A stretch of DNA of 40,000 bases from Lebetimonas sp. JH292 (GTDB lineage Bacteria > Campylobacterota > Campylobacteria > Campylobacterales > Nautiliaceae), in contig NZ_ATHQ01000001.1 in assembly GCF_000523275.1 (NCBI RefSeq), positions 1,021,289 to 1,061,288 on the forward strand, in the 5' to 3' direction. Each line of letters begins with the position of its first letter. Position 1 is the stretch's first letter. Made by a program: the position numbers and the translations under genes. Shown piece after piece: positions 7,967 to 15,978 of the stretch. The notes under the pieces are model-generated. The model saw only the letters and a program-made list of their open reading frames with translations, searched no databases and was not told the DNA's origin.

Positions 7967-9792
7967 GAAATATTATTATTGGAACCGCAGGGCATGTAGA
8001 CCATGGAAAAACATCTTTGATTGAGGCTATGACCGGGTATAACGGGGACGAGCTTAAAGAAGAAAAAGAGAGAGGAATTACAATCGATTTAAGCTTTACA
8101 AATATGAAAAGAGATGATGTAAATGTGGCATTTATAGACGTTCCGGGGCATGAAAAACTTGTAAAAAATATGATTAGCGGGGCGTTTGGATTTGACGCTA
8201 CGCTTTTTGCAATAGATGCAAACGAAGGTGTTATGCCGCAGACCATAGAGCATTTGGAAGTACTTGATATTTTAAAAGTTAAAAATATCATTGTGGCTTT
8301 GACAAAAATAGATTTGGCAAGTGAAGAAATTATTGAAAAAAGAAAAAAAGAGATAAAAGAATTAATAGCTAAATTTAAGAATTTAAAGCTTCTTGATATT
8401 ATCCCGACTTCCACTAAAATGCCTGAGACTATAGAAAATCTTAAGAATTATCTGTTTAACCTGCCTCCGAGAAATATTACACATTCCAAATTTTTCAGAT
8501 ACTATATAGACAGGGTGTTTTCCCTAAAAGGAATAGGAACTGTTGTAACAGGGACTGTTTTAAGCGGAAAAGTCAGACTTAAAGATAAAGTTTATATTAA
8601 TGAAACGGCTACTGTTACAACGGTTAAAAACCTGCAGGTTCATGGTGAAAATGTTAGTGTTGCCCATACCCATCAAAGACTTGCCATTAATCTCAATATT
8701 TCACACAATGAACTTAAAAAAGGATATTTGTTAAGTACAAAAGGATACTTAAGAGGATTTAAATTAATTGATGTTTATATTTCCCCGGTCGAAGGTAAAG
8801 AAATTAAGCATAATATGGGAGTTTTATTTATAAGCGGTGCAAAAAGAATACCTGCGAAAATTTTGATGTTTGATTCAAATGCAAAAGAAGGTTTTGCAAC
8901 TATGAAGTTGCAGGAAAAAGGATTTTTTGTTTATGAAGATCCGTTTGTGGTGCTTCATAAAGGAAGGGTTATCGGAGGAGGCGAAATTTTAAATCCTATA
9001 AGCGACCCTATTAAAAGAAATAAAAAATTATTGCTGTTAAATGCTTTAAAACAAAGGGATTTCCAAAAAGCATTTTCTATTTTGGTTGAAAATCACAAAA
9101 AAGGTTTCGGACTTCTTCAAAGTTATCAGAGATTTAATTTTTCGCCCGATGAAGCTCTCGGTATTGCAAAAACATTAAAAAATGTCTTTATAGATGAAGA
9201 AAATTATAATATTTTTTCAATGGATGTAAAAAAAGAGATAGAAAATGTGGTAAAAGAAACTTATGAAAAAAACAAATTTGCCTTTCTTTCTCCTGCATCA
9301 CTGAAACTCAGATTAAAATGGGCGAGTGAAAAATTGATTGAAACTGTTTTAAATGAATTTGTGGAAGAAGGATTTTTAATAAAAGAAGGCAATATTTATA
9401 AAAGAAAAGATCTTGGTGAAGTGAATATTGAAAAATCAGTCGAGCACAGGCTTTATTCGCTTTTGGATAATTCTGGATTAACTCCCGAAGCACCTTATAA
9501 TATATACGAAAAATTAAATATTGACAGAAAAGTGGGCGATCAGGCTATGAAGAACCTGACTAAGGCTAAAAAAGTTGTAAGGCTTGCCCATAATTTGTTT
9601 GTAAGTGATAAAAATATAAATTATGCAATGAAAAAAATGCGGGAAATTATGGAGAAAAAAGGATATATTGATATTAAAACATTTAAAGAAGAGATGCCTA
9701 TGAGCAGAAAATATATTGTGGCTTATCTTGATTATTTGGACAATATGGGGGATATTGTTAAAGTAGATAATAAAAGGTATTTGAAGAAATAA
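7963..9792 (+). CDS. selB: Selenocysteine-specific elongation factor SelB
   Basis: 609 aa. GTPase motifs GTAGHVDHGKTSL, DVPGHEKL and TKID, followed by a long C-terminal winged-helix extension typical of bacterial SelB (SECIS binding). Confidence 0.93.
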   Translation: MRNIIIGTAGHVDHGKTSLIEAMTGYNGDELKEEKERGITIDLSFTNMKRDDVNVAFIDVPGHEKLVKNMISGAFGFDATLFAIDANEGVMPQTIEHLEVLDILKVKNIIVALTKIDLASEEIIEKRKKEIKELIAKFKNLKLLDIIPTSTKMPETIENLKNYLFNLPPRNITHSKFFRYYIDRVFSLKGIGTVVTGTVLSGKVRLKDKVYINETATVTTVKNLQVHGENVSVAHTHQRLAINLNISHNELKKGYLLSTKGYLRGFKLIDVYISPVEGKEIKHNMGVLFISGAKRIPAKILMFDSNAKEGFATMKLQEKGFFVYEDPFVVLHKGRVIGGGEILNPISDPIKRNKKLLLLNALKQRDFQKAFSILVENHKKGFGLLQSYQRFNFSPDEALGIAKTLKNVFIDEENYNIFSMDVKKEIENVVKETYEKNKFAFLSPASLKLRLKWASEKLIETVLNEFVEEGFLIKEGNIYKRKDLGEVNIEKSVEHRLYSLLDNSGLTPEAPYNIYEKLNIDRKVGDQAMKNLTKAKKVVRLAHNLFVSDKNINYAMKKMREIMEKKGYIDIKTFKEEMPMSRKYIVAYLDYLDNMGDIVKVDNKRYLKK

Positions 9793-9802
9793 GAAGGAAA
9801 AA

Positions 9803-10846
9803 TTATTTAACAACTAAAGGAAACTCTTTGAATTCCTTAACAGTTGCTATTGCTTTAGCACTCACTCCTTCATTTTCCATTCTTTTTAAAAGTTCATTAA
9901 CTTTTTCCTGAGAGGCGCTGATTAAAAGCCCTCCGCTTGTCTGGGCATCAAATAGTATCATCTGCTCTTCAAAACTGAGTTCTTTTTCAAATTTTACTTT
10001 TCCTTCTAAAAATAGCTGGTTATTGTAACTTCCGGCAGGAATTATTCCCATGGATGCCTGATTAATCGCTTCTTTTAAGAAAGGCACTTTTTCAAATTCT
10101 ATTTCTATAGTGAAATTGTTAGCGCTCATTTCATACAAATGTCCTAAAAGACCAAATCCTGTAACATCTGTCATTGCATTTACACCGATTTCCCTTGCGA
10201 TAAGACTTGGTTTGTAATTTAATGTCCTTAAAATTTCAGCTACTTCACTGGCTACTGTTTTATCTATCAAATCCGCTTTTATTGCTGTTGTTAAAATTCC
10301 CATTCCAAGAGGTTTTGTTAAAACAATTACATCATCTTTTTTTAATGTATTGTTTCTTATAATTTTTTGAGGATGAATTGTACCTGTAACGCTAAGTCCG
10401 TAAATCATTTCCGGAGTTTCTATTGTATGTCCTCCGGCTAATACACCGCCGCACTCTTTTATTTTATTTTCACCGCCTTTTAAAATTTCATTTAATACAT
10501 CTTTTCCGTGATGACAGTTATCAAATCCGACTAAATTAAGGGCAGTTTTAACATCTCCTCCCATTGCAAACACATCGCTTAGGGAATTTGCAGCTGCAAT
10601 TTGTCCGTAAATAAACGGGTCGTCAACAACAGGTGTAATAAAATCGGCTGTTTGTACAAGTGCTATATCATCTGTTAATTTATAAACACTTGCATCCTCA
10701 TTTCCTTCAAATCCGACTATTAAATTTTCGTTTTTTCCATCAAGAACTTTTGTAGCTTTGTTTAGCTCCTCCGGAGCCAATTTCCCTGCTCAGCCGGCTG
10801 CTCTTACATATTTTGTAAGTTTGGCGTTGTTATTTAATTTAAGCAT
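9803..10846 (-). CDS. selD: Selenide, water dikinase (selenophosphate synthetase), selenocysteine-containing form
   Basis: The ORF track starts at 10780. Reading upstream in frame gives ATG (10846-10844) [31 protein letters not shown], with TGA at 10792-10790 as codon 19. This aligns with the E. coli SelD active-site loop (..YSHGAGCGCKI..). An RBS (AAAGGA) lies 6 nt before this ATG. The rest of the protein is the PurM-like SelD fold ([23 protein letters not shown]). Confidence 0.9.
10762..10780 (-). promoter_or_regulatory. SECIS-like hairpin downstream of the selD UGA
   Basis: On the minus strand, 10 nt after the UGA: TTGGCTCC-GGA-GGAGCTAA. That is 8 bp including one G-U pair, or 7 bp with the loop CGGAG. 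Confidence 0.55.
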
Positions 10847-10855
10847 ATATATCCT

Positions 10856-11212
10856 TTAAAATGTTATAACTTTGTCTGCTTCTTCAACCCAGGCAGCCAA
10901 GTCTTTCATTGTAGCTTTGATTTCAGGTGCAAAATATGGCTCGTTTTTAAATAATCCGCATCTTGCCTGACAAGTGCCGCATACTTTTAATTTTATACCG
11001 TTTTGATACATTTCTTTAAGCATTGCAACCAAGTCGTTGTCATAATTTTCAGGTTTTTTATTGCAATCCCTTGCCATATCCACGGCATCATTCATTAAAA
11101 AAATTCTTACATCGTTTCCTTTTTCAAACAAAACTTTTGCAAGTCTAAGTCCGTTCCAAGCTACATCGCTTCCGTCATATGGTTCGTGATTGAATATAAT
11201 TAAAATTTTCAT
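10856..11212 (-). CDS. DsrE/DsrF-like (YchN-fold) sulfur/selenium relay family protein
   Basis: 118 aa. MKILIIFNHEPYDGSDVAWNGLRLA... and the conserved Cys region KLKVCGTCQARCG are typical of the DsrE/YchN fold. It ends 9 nt upstream of the selD ATG. Confidence 0.75.
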   Translation of the reverse strand: MKILIIFNHEPYDGSDVAWNGLRLAKVLFEKGNDVRIFLMNDAVDMARDCNKKPENYDNDLVAMLKEMYQNGIKLKVCGTCQARCGLFKNEPYFAPEIKATMKDLAAWVEEADKVITF

Positions 11213-11490
11213 TTAACCTCCTTAATTTCTTTTATTTTTCCTTTATAACCTACGATTTCTATTGCGTGTAACAGTTTTTGAGGTGTTGTTTTTGTATCGT
11301 CAAAAATTACCGTTGCTATTTTAGTGTTTAGTAGTACTTTTGCTTTTATAACGCCCGGTGTCATTTTTAAACTTCTTTTTACAGCCATTGTACATAATGG
11401 ACAAGTCATTCCACTTACTTTAATAATAGCCACTTTTTCAGCTCCAAAAAGTGAACAAAATAATACTAAATTTAAAATAATTTTTTTCAT
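11209..11490 (-). CDS. Periplasmic heavy-metal-associated (HMA) domain protein, MerP-like
   Basis: 93 aa. Signal peptide MKKIILNLVLFCSLFGA followed by an HMA fold with GMTCPLC. There is a 4-nt overlap (ATGA) with the downstream DsrE-like gene. Confidence 0.8.
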   Translation of the reverse strand: MKKIILNLVLFCSLFGAEKVAIIKVSGMTCPLCTMAVKRSLKMTPGVIKAKVLLNTKIATVIFDDTKTTPQKLLHAIEIVGYKGKIKEIKEVK

Positions 11491-12075
11491 TTACTCTCCC
11501 ATAAACAGATATTGAGCCCAAAAAGGGTAAGTTAGCATAATTAATACAAAAACAGTACCAATACTTAAATATTTTACATAATTTTTGCAAATACTGCCAC
11601 TGCAAACCGGTCTTTTTCTAAGTTTAAAGAAATAATTTATCCACAAATAAACAATAATTATAACAGCTGCAATTGTAAAATAAATTCTATATGGTGCGAA
11701 AATATGTAAAAATGAAAGACTTCCGACACTTACTCCAAAAATCAAAAAAAGCAAAGGCCCTAAACAGCATGTGCTTGCCAAAATTGCAGTTATTGCCGCA
11801 CCTGCTATTAAAGCCCAAAAAGATTTTGATTTTTTACTTTCATTTTGAATTTCGCAACTGTAACCTTTTATAGCATTTATTATTGTATCTTTTCCTTCTT
11901 TTTTTTCATTAAAATAAATTCCTTGCGTTTGCAAAAATCTTTTTACATTCTGAATAGAAGAGAAGGAATTAAGTTTTATTTCAATAATTCCTTCTTCTAT
12001 TTCTTCTAATGCCTCTTTTGTTTTAAGAACAGGTTCTGGACAAGCTAAATTTCTTAAATCCAGCTTTTTTACCAT
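11491..12075 (-). CDS. Fusion protein: N-terminal TusA/SirA-like domain + C-terminal MerT-like three-helix membrane domain
   Basis: 194 aa. Residues 1-80 form a TusA fold with LRNLACPEPVLKTKEAL (CPxP motif). Residues 85-194 contain TM1 with the vicinal Cys pair ILASTCCLGPLLFLIFG (MerT signature), TM2, the loop RKRPVCSGSICKNY (second Cys pair) and TM3. Confidence 0.75.
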   Translation of the reverse strand: MVKKLDLRNLACPEPVLKTKEALEEIEEGIIEIKLNSFSSIQNVKRFLQTQGIYFNEKKEGKDTIINAIKGYSCEIQNESKKSKSFWALIAGAAITAILASTCCLGPLLFLIFGVSVGSLSFLHIFAPYRIYFTIAAVIIIVYLWINYFFKLRKRPVCSGSICKNYVKYLSIGTVFVLIMLTYPFWAQYLFMGE

Positions 12076-13199
12076 TAAAACAGTTCCTGAGAAGTAATTT
12101 TATATTCAAAACTTTTTGGAACATAATAATTTAACACATCATCATTTACCTCGGCATACGGATAACCAAACATATTTAGAGGGTATTGAACAGGTTTTGG
12201 ATAAAGTATGAAATCTCTTGCATGGTTAAATCCAACCCAGTTCATTTCCCATGAATGCAGATATTTTTTTACTAATTTTTGAACTTTTGGGTGGTTGTAA
12301 GGATATTTTTCAACTAATTCAAGTTTTGTAACATCAGCAGGGTCTGTAGGTATCCATCCAGCCCCTGGAATATAATATTCAGCCCTGCAGTGTTGCCAAG
12401 TGGTAATATTTGCAAAACCTTTACTATCACTTTTTCCAAGAGCTTTGTCAAAATGGCTTTTTCCAAGTCTGATACCAAAAACCTCTCTTGCAGGAATACC
12501 TGCCGCTCTTGTTAGGGCGGTAAAAAGTGAGCTTAAATCTGTACATTTTCCTCCAAACCATCCGTTTTTATAAATATATTCAGCTGTCGGTTTTTTTTGC
12601 TCTTGCATCATTTTGCCAACTTCACCTTTTCCGCATCCAATAGTTTTTGGATTTCTGAATGTATGGGCTGTACACCATAAATAAATTGCTTTTACTTTTT
12701 CAAACCTATCTTTTTTACCTTTTGTGATAAGTTCTGCCACTTCTTTTACAATTCCGTCAGTAGGAATATGGGCAGTAGGCTCAAGATATTTTAACACTTC
12801 TTTTGGATATGGCAGATTTTTTTTGCTGGCTTCTTTTATTAGTTCTAATGGAACACTTCTATCTTTTGTTTCAATTTCCATTTCCATTGTCAAAATTTTA
12901 GGCATAGCTGATTTTTCCCAATATGCATAAAAAGTATTTGCATCATATTCATTTTTATTGTTAATATCATAATCGTTATAATTTCCGCCAAATCTTAAAA
13001 ATTTAACTTTTTGATATGGTGCATTATATGGAAGCGGGTTCCATAATCTTGCAGGAAAACCTGGCTCGTCGTATTTGATGTTGAAATAATATTCAACCTT
13101 GAATCTTCTATAGCTTTCATCTTTTGCACTTACAATACCAGGTATAGAAACTGCCATACCTAAGGCTGCACCTGTTTTTAAAAACTCTCTTCTTTCCAT
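12075..13199 (-). CDS. TAT-exported transglutaminase-like cysteine protease-fold protein
   Basis: 374 aa. Twin-arginine signal MERREFLKTGAALGMAVSIPGIVSA. Transglutaminase-core triad context: GGKCTDLSSLFTALTRAAGIPAREVFG (Cys), WQHCRAEYYIPGAGW (His), IPTDPAD (Asp). Confidence 0.8.
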   Translation of the reverse strand: MERREFLKTGAALGMAVSIPGIVSAKDESYRRFKVEYYFNIKYDEPGFPARLWNPLPYNAPYQKVKFLRFGGNYNDYDINNKNEYDANTFYAYWEKSAMPKILTMEMEIETKDRSVPLELIKEASKKNLPYPKEVLKYLEPTAHIPTDGIVKEVAELITKGKKDRFEKVKAIYLWCTAHTFRNPKTIGCGKGEVGKMMQEQKKPTAEYIYKNGWFGGKCTDLSSLFTALTRAAGIPAREVFGIRLGKSHFDKALGKSDSKGFANITTWQHCRAEYYIPGAGWIPTDPADVTKLELVEKYPYNHPKVQKLVKKYLHSWEMNWVGFNHARDFILYPKPVQYPLNMFGYPYAEVNDDVLNYYVPKSFEYKITSQELF

Positions 13200-13204
13200 T
13201 ATTT
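13175..13204 (-). repeat. Copy 1 of a 30-nt exact direct repeat (AAATAATGGAAAGAAGAGAGTTTTTAAAAA) covering the RBS-proximal region and MERREFLK
   Basis: Identical by direct comparison to 15946-15975. It spans the start codon and twin-arginine motif of the transglutaminase-like gene. Confidence 0.9.
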
Positions 13205-13211
13205 ACTCCTT

Positions 13212-15970
13212 TTAAATTTTTTGTATTTTTATTTTTGTTGAACTAAAATCTGGTATACCTCCGATCGGATCAACCAAAGGTAAATCATAAAATTTTTTGT
13301 CTAATTTACTAATTTTATTTACACAAATTCCCATTGCTCTTTTTTTATCAGGAATTACGTAATTATTTTTAGTAACAAATAAGCACAGCATCCTTTGGCA
13401 ACAAAACATTTACTATTTTTACTTTGTCATAGTCTTTTAATCCTAATTTTTTAGCATCAATTGGGTTTATTTTTAATGTAATATCTGGTTCGTAATAAAG
13501 GGCTTTATCTAAACATATAGTTCTTGATTGTGTATGTAATGCCGATTTGTATGATGTTAAATAGAAATTTTTTTCTCCTATTATGGTATTTGTAGAAGTT
13601 GCAAGTTTTTCATTATATATATGTATTTTTTCAAAACCAAATATATAATTGTCATTTTCATCAAACCAATTGTTCTCTTTAAATACACCTCCTTTTGCTA
13701 AAACATTACATACTTTTTCCCATTCTTCTGATTGTAAAATATGTTTGTGTTTTGTAACAATATAATTTTTTTCTACATAATCAATAGTTTTTTTATCAGC
13801 CTTAGATATTTTTGCATTGTGTGCAAGATTGTAAATACCTCTTAGATAATAATCTTCTTGGGTATTTAAAGAAAATTTATTGTTTATAGCTTTTTCTCCA
13901 TAACCAGGTAATTTTAATTTTTTAGAAAGGTCAATCAAAAATTTTTCTAAATTAATATTATTTTTTGTGAGAGGCTCTATTATAGGTGTTCTAACACCAG
14001 TAAAATGACCTCCAGGAGCATGTGGATTTAAAAAGCCATAATGTCCTGTCTTAATCTGCATAGATATTTGTTTCATTAATAGTTGTGTCTATTGATACAA
14101 ACAGAGGAACTTTTGTTTTATTTTTTAACGTAGATTCAAATCTGTATCCTCCAGGCAGGATATTTTTGGTCTATACCGCTCATTGCGGCTACACTTAATC
14201 CTCCTTTAGTAATAAATATCCTCCTTTTCTGTTTACATTTCCAATTAATGCATTTAACATAGAAATTGCATAACTTGCATAAGTTCCGTTTATATAGTTT
14301 CCTCCTCCATGATACGCAAAAGCTGCACTGTGTGGGGCAATGTTTTTTTTATTAACTCCGCATTCTTTAGCATAATCATCAATTGAATGTTCAAAAACAG
14401 AGTTTTTCATTATTTTAAATGCTGTAACTACTTTATTTTACCTTCATATTCTAATATTGTATTTTTAGAATAAGTTTTCCAATTTTCCATAAAATCATCA
14501 TTTTTTAGTCCAATATCTGACCCTCTTAAAAATTTTCCATAATTTTTGTTTTCTTTATCAATTATTACTAAATGTGTAGCATTTGAAAATGTTGATCTTT
14601 TTTTATTTTTAGCTTCTTCTAAGTTTTTTTCTAAGAGAATTGCTTTTGGAGCTTTTGGATCAATTAATACGATTTTTAAATCATTATTTGCAGTTCTTTT
14701 TGCAATTATACTTCCTGATGTATTTACTCCGAATAAATATTAGCACCAAATATTAACATATATTTACAATTTTGAAAATCTGCCTTCATTTCAGCTTCTT
14801 TTCCGTCTGTAAAAGCGTAATTACCCATTCTAAAGCCGATACCACATATATCAGTATGTGCAATATAATTTTTTGAACCGATAGAATTATAAACCCATCT
14901 TTTTATAAAATCTACTCTTCCTCCTTGGGAACGTCCTGTAAACCATACAAATTGGTTTCTTTTAGAACCTAATTCTTCAGCTTCTTTTCAGATAAAATAT
15001 CTTTTATGCCTGGATAATATGTTTCATCCCCTAAATGTTTAAAATTTTTACCTCCGAAAGCTATTTCATTTATTAAAGTATCCCAATCTATAGGTTCGAA
15101 TTTTCCGCTTCCTCTTTCACCGTTTTTAAAGGTTTTGTTATTCTGTAAGGATTATAAACATATTCATTATTCATTTGCGGTTTTGCACACGTTGATGCTG
15201 AATATTTAAAACTTTTTTCTATATCTGTTGAATAAGAAATTTGGTTGAAATCTCTATTATATGGGTGATAAGGATTTCCATCAACTTGTACACATTTGTT
15301 GTCTTTAACGGCTATTCTTAAACCGCATCTTGCATTACAAGCTAAACAGACGGTATTTACTATTTTATCTGCTTTTGGTTTTTTTGTTTCATAAAATCCA
15401 TATTTTTCTTTATAAATAGGTGTAACATCAGTAAAAGTCGCTAAATGGTGATAAAGTGCATATTTTAAAGTTGGATTGTTTTCTAGAAGTTCTTTTAATT
15501 GTCCTTTAGGATTTTTAAGATTTCCATAAACTAAAGCCCCGCCTGGGCAAATACTGACACATCTTGGAATGTCTCCTTGAATAATTCTGTCAAAACACAT
15601 ATCGCATTTTTTTGCTTTTTTATCAAAAACTATAGCGTCAAAAGGACAGGCTTTAGCACAACTTTGTTTATTTTCGGCACAATTGATATCACATTTGTCT
15701 TCATTTATTAATATAACTCCATCTTTTGCACAAATTGCAATATATTCAAACGCTCGGCACAAAAGTTTTTATTTTGAAAAACACTACATCATAAGGAAGA
15801 TTTTTTTCAAGTTGACATGCTGCCATACAGCTTTTGCAGTCTAAACATCTGCTTTGGTCATATATTAAAACAGGCATAAATTCATTTTCTTCAGCATTAG
15901 CAAATTTAAATGTTGTTGTGCTGATTAAAACACTAAATGCTCCAATTTTTAAAAACTCTCTTCTTTCCAT
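13212..15970 (-). pseudogene. Decayed gene for a TAT-signal 4Fe-4S ferredoxin fused to a Mo/W-bisPGD (DMSO-reductase-superfamily, Psr/Phs/Ttr-like) oxidoreductase
   Basis: Stitching the minus-strand frames gives one continuous homolog: MERREFLK (TAT), CLDCKSCMAAC, CAKACP, CDMC...CVSICP (ferredoxin), CLACNARCG (MopB N-terminal cluster), ITKPLK/GERGSGKFEPIDWDTLINEIA, FVWFTGRSQGG, YIAHTDICGIGF (Cys ligand region), MLIFGANIY, IVLIDP, VVTAFKIMKNSVFEHSIDDYAKECGVNKKNI, GNVNRKGG, VPLFVSIDTTINETNIYAD, KLGLKDYDKVKIVN, DPIGGIPDFSSTKIKIQKI. At least 8-9 frame breaks or stops interrupt it, near 15746-15781, 15121-15133, 14981-14992, 14722-14740, 14428-14442, 14192-14210, 14158-14170, 14048-14063 and 13369-13409, mostly in A/T runs. 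Confidence 0.8.
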
Positions 15971-15975
15971 TATTT
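15946..15975 (-). repeat. Copy 2 of the 30-nt exact direct repeat (start region of the Mo-oxidoreductase relic)
   Basis: Identical to 13175-13204. Confidence 0.9.
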
Positions 15976-15978
15976 TCC

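Noticed and set aside
11209-12075. Mercury-resistance (mer) operon
   Set aside because: Only MerP-like and MerT-like modules are present. merA, merR, merB and merD are not in the window, the MerT-like domain is fused to TusA, and the genes are translationally coupled to DsrE-like and selD genes.
13212-15970. The frame breaks in the Mo-oxidoreductase gene as sequencing artefacts, programmed frameshifts or extra Sec codons
   Set aside because: Nine lesions are concentrated in one 2.8-kb gene, while ~35 kb of equally A/T-run-rich coding sequence has only one, which argues against general homopolymer error. The breaks are true frame changes and TAA/TAG stops, not in-frame TGA. Programmed frameshifting at about nine sites is implausible. 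Read-level confirmation is still desirable.
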